NCBI GenBank assembly: GCA_013375475.1
Contig: JABXKD010000065.1
Span: 1-21,979, forward strand
Reading direction: 5' to 3'
Source: Promethearchaeota archaeon
GTDB lineage: Archaea; Asgardarchaeota; Lokiarchaeia; Sigyniarchaeales; SOKP01
Length of the DNA stretch: 21,979 nt
Numbering within the stretch: the stretch's first letter is position 1; every line of letters starts with the position of its first letter. A model generated the notes under the pieces. The model searched no databases, had not been told where the DNA came from, and saw nothing but the letters and a program-made list of their open reading frames with translations. Positions 1 through 9,051 of this stretch are shown one piece after another. The position numbers and the translations under genes are program-made.

Positions 1-1177
1 CATCTCTCACGGTCTCTCTAATTAGCCATACCCCGAGGGGCACAACATATCCCCCAGAGACCTCTCTAAAGATTAATACGCGTGCTTGACGCTTAATATG
101 GAAAAGATACTCACAGACGGATTTCCGTGCCGCATAATAAGCTCCTGTTATGTTACTGGCATAATCTTTTCTACCTTTGTAAAATTCGTAATCAGTCATA
201 ATTTGAGGCTTTAGACAACGCTGCACACCATCAAGAGAAGAATTCCACAAAGAATTCGTACTCCACGCTTCATTCATTTCGTAAGTAAATTTTCCGGGGA
301 AGAGAAGAATTTTAAAATGATTGTCAAGGTAAGTATTTTCAAATATTTGGTAATTATCAATCTCGGGGAATCTTTTAATTTCTTTGATTAGCGCTTTAGA
401 GATAATATCGTCAACTGCAGTAATACTCCATCGCGTTGGAACTATTCTACGCCTTGTTTTTTTACCCAATAACCCAGCTGAAAATACTCTCTTAATCGTA
501 GATTCTGGAACTTGCCCTTTAAAGTAGAGATACTTTGAAACTGCTTCAGTCGCATTTAAATCTGTATCAGAAACGACATATTCTACTTTTGGATGAACCT
601 TTGTATTTTCCGTAATCCTAATTTTCTCAGTCATACCACTAGGTCCCATAGGCAACGCGTGATTATCCATCATCATACTAAGATTCATTTTTTCTAACTT
701 CGTTTCAGTATCTACAGGGCGAGCTGCCATTGATAATTCTTGGGAAGTCTCTAACAATCTTTGAACCTTTAAAGGTGGAGTGTTTTTTCTACTCTTCTTT
801 CCAATATTGACATCTATTTTGAAATTATTCCGCACTAAACTACTCCTATACCTTACAATATCAACTAAGCTTTTTCCGAACCATAGCTCTGGAGCGTCTA
901 AAATGTGATAATCAGAAATGTCAAGGTTAATTTCAAATTTTTGGAAAGGAACTAAGGGACCAAGGTAAACTTTTGGATAATTGAAATGACCGACAAAAAA
1001 TCCTGGAGGACTGGGTCCGAAAAGTTCTACATTCCGAAGTGTTTTGTCAAATTCAAATGGAACAAGAGATTTTAAAACCGATTTTTTTAATAAAATTGGA
1101 CAGGTTTTCTTGCCACATAATAATCTCGCTCCTTTACAACGCAAGCATATGTTTTTTTCAGTAAGGGGTCGAACCAA
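1..1177 (-). CDS. nreA: Archaeal Nre-family DNA repair protein (3' end runs off the window)
   Basis: Manual translation from TTG at 1177 (in-frame TAA at 1190-1192): MVRPLTEKNICLRCKGARLLCGKKTCPIL...FGPSPPGFFVGHFNYPKVYLGPLVP...FREVSGGYVVPLGVWLIRETVRD. The N-terminal C-x2-CKG-x4-CG-x3-CP, the SPP..FVG..NYPKV motif and PLGVW..RE.VR match Nre. Absent from the ORF track because there is no stop in the window. Confidence 0.9.
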   Translation of the reverse strand, partial: MVRPLTEKNICLRCKGARLLCGKKTCPILLKKSVLKSLVPFEFDKTLRNVELFGPSPPGFFVGHFNYPKVYLGPLVPFQKFEINLDISDYHILDAPELWFGKSLVDIVRYRSSLVRNNFKIDVNIGKKSRKNTPPLKVQRLLETSQELSMAARPVDTETKLEKMNLSMMMDNHALPMGPSGMTEKIRITENTKVHPKVEYVVSDTDLNATEAVSKYLYFKGQVPESTIKRVFSAGLLGKKTRRRIVPTRWSITAVDDIISKALIKEIKRFPEIDNYQIFENTYLDNHFKILLFPGKFTYEMNEAWSTNSLWNSSLDGVQRCLKPQIMTDYEFYKGRKDYASNITGAYYAARKSVCEYLFHIKRQARVLIFREVSGGYVVPLGVWLIRETVRD

Positions 1178-1286
1178 TCTTATGTCTCTTTAATAATTAT
1201 TATCTTTATTAGAAAAGATAGTATTTATTATTAAAAAGGTAGACGAGTATAAATTTTTAATATTTATATTAAAGAACAAATATCTT

Positions 1287-1325
1287 AAAAAAAAGGAAAG
1301 TAGAGTAGAATCTGATTTTACTCTA
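1287..1325 (-). terminator. Hairpin plus U-tract terminator downstream of the flavodoxin-like gene
   Basis: Minus strand TAGAGTAAAATC-A-GATTCTACTCTA (12-bp arms, one mismatch) followed by CTTTCCTTTTTTTT, starting 6 nt after the stop at 1332. Confidence 0.55.
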
Positions 1326-1331
1326 AAAGTA

Positions 1332-1793
1332 TTAATTCATGAAATTTCTTAATGTAGAAATGAATTCTCCAATTTTTACATCGGAACCCTCGATAGCTGG
1401 TCCTTCAGCTTTTTCCATTTTTACTTCAAGGAATTCGGGACAGATTTCTCCAACACATTCGGCTTTTTCAAGAGTCTTTGTCATTCCTTTTATAAAAAAG
1501 TTCTTCCATCTTAATGCATGTGTTGAGAAATAGGCAACTTTCGAAATTGGTTTAGTTATGACTCTATCCATGTTTTTGATAAATTCTCTAATTTCGTTAT
1601 CTGACCTAAAAGCTAGGATTCGAGTAGCTACAACCAAACCATATGGGTCATCTTTAACGATATCTTCGGGAGTAATATTCTTAATACTATCAATACTTAC
1701 ATCATAAGTAGTTTTTAGATCTTCTGCTATTGTTTTTGAAATCTGCTCAGAATTCCCATGTAAAGAATTATGAATTATCCATATTTTTTTCAT
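1332..1793 (-). CDS. Flavodoxin-like protein
   Basis: N-terminal IIHNSLHGNSEQISKTIAE resembles the flavodoxin phosphate-binding loop (S-x-x-GNT-x-x-IA-x-x-IA); 153 aa alpha/beta pattern with KVAYFST. Confidence 0.7.
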   Translation of the reverse strand: MKKIWIIHNSLHGNSEQISKTIAEDLKTTYDVSIDSIKNITPEDIVKDDPYGLVVATRILAFRSDNEIREFIKNMDRVITKPISKVAYFSTHALRWKNFFIKGMTKTLEKAECVGEICPEFLEVKMEKAEGPAIEGSDVKIGEFISTLRNFMN

Positions 1794-1881
1794 AGTTATA
1801 TAAGTAAAATAAGAAAATAATATGAAACTTCAATAGTCCAATCTTTCATCGAGATTTCCGAAATAATTTTAAACTTAACAG

Positions 1882-2088
1882 TTATCCTTTAGGGCTAGAT
1901 TTCTCTACAGGATTGCCATTAAGTTTCAAGGTCAGTAGATTGGTTAAATTGGAAAGTTTTTCTATATTTTTGATATTATTGTTAGAGAGATTTAGATATT
2001 CTAGGCTTTTTAAGTTTTCTATGCCATCAAGATTCATAATTTGATTGTTACTTAAATCTAAGCTTTTAAGGTTGACTAGCTCTTTCAA
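1882..2088 (-). pseudogene. Leucine-rich repeat fragment (three 22-aa SDS22/internalin-like LRRs), probably 5'-truncated
   Basis: LKSLDLSNNQIMNLDGIEN / LKSLEYLNLSNNNIKNIEKLSN / LTNLLTLKLNGNP. Only a TTG start, an in-frame TAA five codons upstream of it, and no N-cap. Confidence 0.6.
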
Positions 2089-2146
2089 ATTATAATTAAA
2101 AAGTTAAAGGCATAATTTCTATGTTTTGTTGTCTAAAAGTGTGGAA

Positions 2147-2737
2147 TCAAATCTTTCTGCATAGTAACTCTCCCTTTCCAATTGGAACTACTAAGGCATC
2201 GACTCGTTTATCTGATATTGCTTTATCGATCATGGGTTTTAAGACATCATATAGATTAATTGCATTATCTGCTACTAACAAGCCTCCTTTTACCATATTT
2301 GGAATAACTAAATCGTAGCACGCCTCATAGACTTCTTTTTCAGCATCTAAAAAGCAAAAAGATATGTTTTTTTCTTCGTTTAAATAATCTCGGGCATCTC
2401 CCTCTATTAAATCAACATAATTTTCCAGTTTACTCTGCTGAAATGTTTCTTTAGCAAGTTTTATCTTCTCTTCTAAAATTTCAAATGTTGTTATTTTACA
2501 GCCTCTCTCTATGCAAGCGAGCGCGATCCACATAGTAGAATAACCCGCACTAGTTCCAATTTCTATAAAATTTCCTTTAGGGGCACCAGCAGCTAATATA
2601 GCAAGAAATTTACCCGTCTCTGAAGGAATTTGACGAAGTCTTTCCATTCTAGGGGTTCCATCAACTCTATCTTCAGCGTCGAGTTTTTCTAGATACTTCA
2701 TTCTCTTTTTAACGAATTCTGGGATATTTTGGAGCAT
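2147..2737 (-). CDS. Class I SAM-dependent O-methyltransferase (COMT/CCoAOMT/YrrM-like)
   Basis: [13 protein letters not shown] (motif I), [22 protein letters not shown]; SD GAGGT upstream. Confidence 0.9.
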   Translation of the reverse strand: MLQNIPEFVKKRMKYLEKLDAEDRVDGTPRMERLRQIPSETGKFLAILAAGAPKGNFIEIGTSAGYSTMWIALACIERGCKITTFEILEEKIKLAKETFQQSKLENYVDLIEGDARDYLNEEKNISFCFLDAEKEVYEACYDLVIPNMVKGGLLVADNAINLYDVLKPMIDKAISDKRVDALVVPIGKGELLCRKI

Positions 2738-2761
2738 CTTGTTTTAATTACCTCTCGTTTT

Positions 2762-2790
2762 AACAATATTATATATATGAAAAAATATAA
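2762..2790. promoter_or_regulatory. Putative divergent TATA region shared by the methyltransferase and nfi
   Basis: TTATATATAT at about 2769-2778 in a 62-bp divergent intergenic space, about 22-30 nt before the nfi ATG (spacing typical of a leaderless transcript). Confidence 0.4.
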
Positions 2791-2799
2791 GGATTATCA

Positions 2800-3513
2800 A
2801 TGCAACACGAGTTACTCCAAACAGATTTATCTCTAGAAGAAGCAGAAGCAATTCAAGAAAAATACAGTCAAATTCTAAAAAATCAGAAACCAGTGTTCCT
2901 ACAGTATAATAGAATTAAATGGGTTGTAGGTGTAGATGTTTCTTATTATGATAAAAGGAATGAAGAGTGGGGCATAGCCTGTGCCGTTCTATGGAATCTT
3001 CACGCGAATATCATGGAACATCATAGTTTCGTTAAAGTCGCTATTAATTTCCCTTACAAACCCGGTTTTTTAGGGTTCAGAGAGTGTAATATAATAGCAA
3101 AATCTATAGAATTACTTCCAGAAACACCAGACATAATTATGTGTGATGGTCACGGTATTATTCATCCTAAACGATTTGGGGAAGCTGTTCATTTGGGTTT
3201 TGCTTTAAAAATTCCTACTTTTGGAGTAGCTAAAAATCCCTTTATTGGATTTTCAGACTGGGAGAACTTAAAAAGAAATAAAGGAAATAAAGCGCCAATT
3301 TGGGCATTCAACCCCCATAAATCGAAGGATATGCCTCAAGAACTATTAGGATATTCTGTTTGCCTAAACGATGGTATGAAGCCTGTGTTTATTAGTGAAG
3401 GGTATAAAATTTCTTTAAGTGTAGCGGTAGAAATCGCGTTAAAAACAACTATAGATCAAAGACAACCAGAACCTCTGTATCTTGCAGACTTTCTTTCAAG
3501 AAAAGAATTTTAA
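2800..3513 (+). CDS. nfi: Endonuclease V (deoxyinosine 3' endonuclease)
   Basis: GVDVSY (catalytic Asp), wedge motif FPYKPGFLGFRE, MCDGHGIIHPKRFGEAVHLG, PTFGVAK, KPVFISEG, PEPLYLAD. Confidence 0.95.
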   Translation: MQHELLQTDLSLEEAEAIQEKYSQILKNQKPVFLQYNRIKWVVGVDVSYYDKRNEEWGIACAVLWNLHANIMEHHSFVKVAINFPYKPGFLGFRECNIIAKSIELLPETPDIIMCDGHGIIHPKRFGEAVHLGFALKIPTFGVAKNPFIGFSDWENLKRNKGNKAPIWAFNPHKSKDMPQELLGYSVCLNDGMKPVFISEGYKISLSVAVEIALKTTIDQRQPEPLYLADFLSRKEF

Positions 3514-3609
3514 TATCATTTCAATCAAAACATTCTTTTAATTTAATGAAAAATTGTTTAAATAGTAAGAAAAACCTCTTAACATATATAAATACAAAAA
3601 TAAAATTGA

Positions 3610-4806
3610 ATGAGAAATATGAGTTTTAAAATCAAAAATAATGTTTTTTGGGTAGGGAAAACAGATTGGGAACTTAGGAAATTCCATGGAAATGAATATT
3701 CCACACACCGTGGTTCCACATATAATTCTTACCTAATTAAAGAAGAAAAAACTGTTCTAATTGATACAGTATGGATGCCTTTTGCAAAAGAATTTGTTAA
3801 GAATCTCTCAAAAGAAATTAACTTAGATAAGATTGACTATGTTATAGCTAATCATGCTGAAATTGATCATAGCGGGGCACTCCCTGAGCTAATGGAACAC
3901 ATACCAAACACACCAATTTATTGTACGGCTAATGGTGTTAAGTCGTTAAAAGGCCACTATCATAAAGATTGGAATTTTCAAGTAGTAAAAACGGGTGATA
4001 CTTTAGATCTAGGAAATGAAAAACAGTTAGTCTTTGTTGAAATGAAAATGCTTCATTGGCCCGATAGCATGGCATGCTACATGACTAAGGATAATATCTT
4101 ATTTAGTAACGATGCTTTTGGCCAACATTACGCCACAGAATATATGTATAATGACCTTGTTGACCAAAACGAACTTTTTGCGGAGTGCATTAAATACTAT
4201 GCTAACATTCTAACCCCTTTCAGTACGTTTGTTGATAAGAAAATTAAAGAAGTTTTAAGTCTTAATCTTCCAATCGATATTATTGCTACGAGCCATGGGG
4301 TAATTTGGAGAGATAACCCAACTCAAATTGTTGAAAAATACTTAGCTTGGGCTAACGCTTATCAAGAGAATCAAATTACAATACTGTATGATACAATGTG
4401 GGATGGAACCAAGAGAATGGCTGAAGCTATTAGTAAAGGAATAGTGGAGACTGATAAAGCTGTAAATGTAAAATTGTATAATATAGCAAACTCAGATAAA
4501 AATGACATCATTACAGAAATCTTCAAATCCAAGACTATACTTGTAGGTTCACCAACAATTGGAGGAGGAATTATATCATCAACAGCCGAAATTTTAGAAA
4601 TGATTAAGGGTCTTCGTTTTAAAAATAAAAAGGCTGCTACATTTGGTTGTTATGGTTGGAGCGGAGAATCAATAAAGATTATAAAAGAACACTTGGAGAA
4701 TAATGGATTTTCTATAATTAATGATGGTATTCGTGCTTTATGGAATCCCGATCAGGAGAGTATAGAAAAATGTGTAGAGTTTGGAAAAGAAATTGCCAAT
4801 AGTTAA
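3610..4806 (+). CDS. fprA: Class A flavodiiron protein (O2/NO reductase, FprA type; no rubredoxin domain); start may be ATG at 3619
   Basis: GSTYNSYLI, diiron ligands NHAEIDHSG, MLHWPDSM, FSNDAFGQH and SHG; C-terminal flavodoxin domain YDTMWDGT, VGSPT, FGCYGWSGE. Confidence 0.95.
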   Translation: MRNMSFKIKNNVFWVGKTDWELRKFHGNEYSTHRGSTYNSYLIKEEKTVLIDTVWMPFAKEFVKNLSKEINLDKIDYVIANHAEIDHSGALPELMEHIPNTPIYCTANGVKSLKGHYHKDWNFQVVKTGDTLDLGNEKQLVFVEMKMLHWPDSMACYMTKDNILFSNDAFGQHYATEYMYNDLVDQNELFAECIKYYANILTPFSTFVDKKIKEVLSLNLPIDIIATSHGVIWRDNPTQIVEKYLAWANAYQENQITILYDTMWDGTKRMAEAISKGIVETDKAVNVKLYNIANSDKNDIITEIFKSKTILVGSPTIGGGIISSTAEILEMIKGLRFKNKKAATFGCYGWSGESIKIIKEHLENNGFSIINDGIRALWNPDQESIEKCVEFGKEIANS

Positions 4807-4814
4807 TATCTATA

Positions 4815-4841
4815 TTTTTTTTTATTTCATTTTTGCTTTTT
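4815..4841 (+). terminator. Archaeal-type oligo-U terminator after fprA
   Basis: TTTTTTTTTATTTCATTTTTGCTTTTT shortly after the stop at 4806. Confidence 0.45.
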
Positions 4842-4967
4842 AATTTGAATAGAGCTATATTATTCATTGATCCTTCATTTTGGCTTTAACATTCTATTTT
4901 GTGATATACATAAATACAAAATCTAATACTATATTTTTGTATAAGGTGATCTACTATCGTTAAAATT

Positions 4968-5318
4968 ATGGTTGTTGACGATGACCGCATTTTGCTAAAT
5001 CTCTACAGGATAATATTAGCAGAAATGGGGAATTATTCAGTTGAATTCTCTACAAATGGTAGAGATGCCGTTGACAATTATAGAAAGCAATCCGAGAAAC
5101 CTAAAGTAATCATTATGGACCACCGGATGCCAATATTGAATGGATTTGACGCAATGAATGAAATATTACAGCTTGATGGCGGTACAAAAATCATCTTTGC
5201 AAGTGCGGACACAACAATGAGGGAGCCTTCAATTTCAATGGGGGCTATGGCATTTCTTAGTAAACCTTTCAAAATTGAAGAATTAATGATTCTAATCAAT
5301 AAAGCAATAAATGAGTAA
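4968..5318 (+). CDS. Stand-alone response regulator receiver domain (true start may be ATC at 4956)
   Basis: VVDDD acidic pocket, IMDHRMP phosphoacceptor, FASAD, SKPF lysine. Confidence 0.92.
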   Translation: MVVDDDRILLNLYRIILAEMGNYSVEFSTNGRDAVDNYRKQSEKPKVIIMDHRMPILNGFDAMNEILQLDGGTKIIFASADTTMREPSISMGAMAFLSKPFKIEELMILINKAINE

Positions 5319-5327
5319 AATATAAAG

Positions 5328-7232
5328 GTGTGTGAAGTGATGGAGGAAAAACAAAGCAAAGAACTAAAATTAAGAGAATTAGAAAGAAGAAACAGGCTAT
5401 TTTACGATTATGCTCCAATTCCTTATCAATCATTAGATAAAAACTCTAATATTATAGATGTTAATCAATCGTGGCTTGACTATTTAGGGTATGATAAAGA
5501 GGACGTGTTAGGGAAGTGTTTCGGAGAGTTTTTAGTTCTAAAAAGTAGAGAATTGCTAAAGTCTAGATTCTCATATTTTAAAGAAGTCGGAATTATAAGA
5601 GATGTGGAATATGAAATTATAAGAAAGGACGGCATTCACAGATTTATTTGGTTAGATGGAAGAATAGAGTACGATAGTAACGGGAAATTCATGCAAGCGC
5701 ATTGCTTTTTCAAAGATATTACCGACCGTAAGCGGACTGAAGAAAAATTAAAAGAGTCTGAAGAAACATTCAGAAATATTACCGAACAATCTTTTATGAG
5801 CATTTATATAATACAGGACGGAATTTTTAAGTATAGAAATCAACGAGCAACTGATGTGAGTGGATATAATGAAGAAGATATTAAAGACTGGAGCCCTTAT
5901 GAATACGGAAAAATAATCCATCCAGAGGATCGAGAAAAAGTATTAGAACAATCAAGAAAAAAACAAGAGGGAGATCCTAACGTCGTAAACCGTTATAAAT
6001 ATCGAATTATTAAAAAATCTGGTGAAGTTGTTTGGATTGATAATTTTTCAAAAACTATTAATTACAAAGGGCGAACTGCCGATTTAGTAATGACAGAAGA
6101 TATAACAGAAAAAATAGTATCAGAGCAAAAACTAAAAAGATCTGAAGAAAAATACAAGTATCTTTTCAATAACGCACAAGTAGGATTATACTGGTCCCGG
6201 ATAAGCGATGGTAAATTTATAGAGTGCAACGAGACTTTTGCTAAGCTATTTGGGTATAATACTAGAGAAGAATGTTTAGCGGATTATGTTGCTACTGACC
6301 ATTATATCGATCCTCAGCAGCGGATTGAAATTTTAGAGGCAATTCGCACTAATAAAGAAGTTAAAGGGTATGAAATACTCGTCACCAAAAGAGATGGGAC
6401 ACCTATTTGGTTGAGTATTTCTGCTCGAATGTTTGAAAATGAGAATCGGATTGAAGGTGCCGCGATTGACATTACGAAGCGCAAAAAAGCAGAACAAGAG
6501 TTAAAAGAATCTGAAGACCGATATAAAAAAGCATACGATAAAGCTGATTTCTTTAAGGATTTATTAGCACACGATGTGAGTAATATTCTTAACAATATTA
6601 ATGCGTCAGTTCAATTAATGAATATTTGGAATGGAAATTCTGACATCTCAGAAAAAGAAAAAGATATGGTTGAGATAATCAAACAACAGTTAGAAAGAGG
6701 AGCATCATTGGTTTCGAATGTACGAAAACTCTCAGAAATAGAAGAGGCAGAAATGAGCATAAAATCTATAGAAGTGAAAAAAGTGATTGAAGATACAATT
6801 GAAGAACTTCGCTCAAGATTTCATGAAAGGGAATTAGAAATAAGTTTTAACCCTACTCAAGAAATTCCTAGCGTTATGGGAGGTGAGCTTCTAATTGACG
6901 CCTTCGAAAACTTATTAATAAACGGGGTTATTCATAACGACAGTGAAAAAATTAGGTTATGGATAAACTTATCGAAAGTTTCTCACGAAGGCAAAAATTT
7001 TGTAAAAATCGAATTTAAAGATAATGGCTTGGGAATAATCGAAGATAGAAAAAAAACCATCTTTAAACGGAATTATCAAAAGGATAGAAGCACGGGTGGA
7101 ATGGGTATAGGGTTGTCACTAGTGAAAAACATAATAGTTCGCTATGGTGGGAAGGTGGGGGTCGAAGATAGAGTAATGGGGGATTATTCGCAAGGTTGTA
7201 ATTTTATAATTTTGTTGAAGGAAGGAAATTAA
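5328..7232 (+). CDS. Cytoplasmic triple-PAS sensor histidine kinase (start may be ATG at 5340)
   Basis: Three PAS/PAC units ending DITDRK, DITEK and DITKRK; H-box LLAHDVSNILNNI; N-box FENLLINGVIHN; G1 DNGLGI; G2 GGMGIGLSLV; no transmembrane segment. Confidence 0.93.
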   Translation: MCEVMEEKQSKELKLRELERRNRLFYDYAPIPYQSLDKNSNIIDVNQSWLDYLGYDKEDVLGKCFGEFLVLKSRELLKSRFSYFKEVGIIRDVEYEIIRKDGIHRFIWLDGRIEYDSNGKFMQAHCFFKDITDRKRTEEKLKESEETFRNITEQSFMSIYIIQDGIFKYRNQRATDVSGYNEEDIKDWSPYEYGKIIHPEDREKVLEQSRKKQEGDPNVVNRYKYRIIKKSGEVVWIDNFSKTINYKGRTADLVMTEDITEKIVSEQKLKRSEEKYKYLFNNAQVGLYWSRISDGKFIECNETFAKLFGYNTREECLADYVATDHYIDPQQRIEILEAIRTNKEVKGYEILVTKRDGTPIWLSISARMFENENRIEGAAIDITKRKKAEQELKESEDRYKKAYDKADFFKDLLAHDVSNILNNINASVQLMNIWNGNSDISEKEKDMVEIIKQQLERGASLVSNVRKLSEIEEAEMSIKSIEVKKVIEDTIEELRSRFHERELEISFNPTQEIPSVMGGELLIDAFENLLINGVIHNDSEKIRLWINLSKVSHEGKNFVKIEFKDNGLGIIEDRKKTIFKRNYQKDRSTGGMGIGLSLVKNIIVRYGGKVGVEDRVMGDYSQGCNFIILLKEGN

Positions 7233-7234
7233 TC

Positions 7235-7279
7235 CTTTACAGGTAAAGTTTTTTTAAATAGTAGAACTTTTCCTACTAT
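7235..7279 (+). promoter_or_regulatory. TATA box flanked by two inverted repeats upstream of the HTH_10 regulator
   Basis: CTTTAC-AG-GTAAAG (7235-7248), TTTAAATA (7253-7260), ATAGTAG-N8-CTACTAT (7258-7279). Confidence 0.45.
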
Positions 7280-7919
7280 GTCTCAAGATATCGTTCAAAT
7301 TAAGCTTAGTATAGAAATTCCACAGGATAAATGGCTTGCAACTTTCAACAAAAACTATCCCGAATTGAATTTTCATATTCTATCTAACTTTCCAATTGGA
7401 GAAAACTTAGGGATTACTTCATTCCAAATAAGAGGTCCCTCAGTAAAGCGTTTCATTTCCGATTTTAGAGAGAAATTAACTGAGAAAACTGCGCAAATCT
7501 TGTATGAAGGTGAAACTCTTGTAATACTTAATGTAAAAGGAGTAGATCCTTGGATATTGAACACCCTAGTTAAAACTGAGCTTTTAATCTCTTATCCTGT
7601 ACTTGTAAAGGACGGAAAAATTAGAATAGAAGCTATTACAAACCGGTCTAAAGTAGATAAATTTTTGATCCAACTAAATAAAAAAGGTATAAAAGCTAAA
7701 ATTGAACGTATAGGATACTATTATAAATCGACTCTTCTCACTCAAAGACAAAACGAAATAATAAGCCTTGCTTATCAAAATGGATTTTTTAACATTCCAA
7801 GAAATGTTTCATTAAGCGAATTTGCTAATGATTTAAGCATTTCAAAATCTGCTCTTTCTGAAACATTGAGAAGAATTTCTAAGAAGTTAGCAAAACATTA
7901 CCTTAGTTCGGGTAACTAG
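7278..7919 (+). CDS. Archaeal transcriptional regulator with a C-terminal HTH_10 (bacterio-opsin activator-type) domain
   Basis: LTQRQNEIISLAYQNGFFNIPRNVSLSEFANDLSISKSALSETLRR matches the HTH_10 consensus LT.RQ..IL..A...GYF..PR...L.ELA..LGIS.ST.SE.LRR. Confidence 0.9.
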   Translation: MSQDIVQIKLSIEIPQDKWLATFNKNYPELNFHILSNFPIGENLGITSFQIRGPSVKRFISDFREKLTEKTAQILYEGETLVILNVKGVDPWILNTLVKTELLISYPVLVKDGKIRIEAITNRSKVDKFLIQLNKKGIKAKIERIGYYYKSTLLTQRQNEIISLAYQNGFFNIPRNVSLSEFANDLSISKSALSETLRRISKKLAKHYLSSGN

Positions 7920-7936
7920 AGTAAAAATTTTTTATA

Positions 7937-8836
7937 TTATACCTGAGATAACAATTCTATCAATGCCCGAGGAATCTCTTTGTAATCATTAACAGCATAA
8001 AATTTACCTTTTCCAGCTCGAGCTATTTCTCGACAAGTATCAATTCCTCTTTCAGCATCATTTTCAGCCGGCATTCCGATTACATGTAATTTGGGGTATT
8101 TTTTTGCCTCCTCTATTAGAGATTCCAAATTTCCTCCTCTATTATAATTTCCATCTGTGATTAGAATCCCAAATTTATGTCTAGTTTTTTCTTTAACCTT
8201 GTTTAATTCTTTTAATCCATTTTCTAAACCGATACTAATATTAGTAAAACCAGCTGCTTCCGAATCGAGAATTTCATCTATAATTGTTATGACCGGCTTC
8301 TTCTCATTTATTTTTTTAAGAACCATAGCCGTGGAGTTGAAAAGTACAACACCATAGCTTTCTTTCTCCATATTATAAGCTAATACGGACGTAGTAAGTG
8401 CTGCATTAAGTAGAAGCTTCCCATACATACTCCCACTCGTATCTAAGATCATAATAATTTTTCTTTTTTGCTTTTTTCTTTGTATTCCGAAGATATCTTT
8501 ATAGGTAAGAGTTTTCTTATAGATATTTAATGGATTATGTTGAATTGTTTCGTCTATGTCAAACTCTGGATGACCTATCTGATAAGAAGGAGTAGTCTTT
8601 TTAAAATTTCCTCTAATTCCCTTACTAGTTATTTTTAACGAGGTTTTTATTATACTCTGCCTTGCTAATCGTCTAAAGACATGTTTATACTTTTCTGAAA
8701 TTGGTCGTCTTATAAAGAAGTATACTTCAGCCATAGAAGCTTCAGAATCTTTTGCTTTTTCTGAAAAGAATTTCACTCCTTCATCACAATCTAATGCGTC
8801 TGTTGCAGCGTACACATTTGATTTTAGCAGTCCCAT
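7937..8836 (-). CDS. vWA domain protein, MoxR partner (CoxE-like); the frame stays open upstream to 9067, likely start ATA at 9055
   Basis: MIDAS motif LDTSGSM, GFTNIS, LITDG; preceded by EFDIDETI; directly downstream of the MoxR gene. Confidence 0.88.
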   Translation of the reverse strand: MGLLKSNVYAATDALDCDEGVKFFSEKAKDSEASMAEVYFFIRRPISEKYKHVFRRLARQSIIKTSLKITSKGIRGNFKKTTPSYQIGHPEFDIDETIQHNPLNIYKKTLTYKDIFGIQRKKQKRKIIMILDTSGSMYGKLLLNAALTTSVLAYNMEKESYGVVLFNSTAMVLKKINEKKPVITIIDEILDSEAAGFTNISIGLENGLKELNKVKEKTRHKFGILITDGNYNRGGNLESLIEEAKKYPKLHVIGMPAENDAERGIDTCREIARAGKGKFYAVNDYKEIPRALIELLSQV

Positions 8837-9051
8837 TATTGCTTCAAGGTTTTTATGGTGAATAGATAAGTAGGTTAATTCTTTGATCTGCTTATAATCT
8901 AATGCATTCGCTAAATGTTGATAATAATCTGGTTTTTTCTTAATTTTTCGAATGATTTCATACCTAAGGATTTTTTCATCCGGAAAACTTTCTGTAAGTC
9001 TTACATGAAGCCTTTTATTCTCAATCTCCTCGGAATAGGAGAAATCATCGA

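Noticed and set aside
3610-4806. Calling the flavodiiron protein norV (flavorubredoxin)
   Set aside because: 398 aa with no C-terminal rubredoxin CxxC pairs and no norW neighbour.
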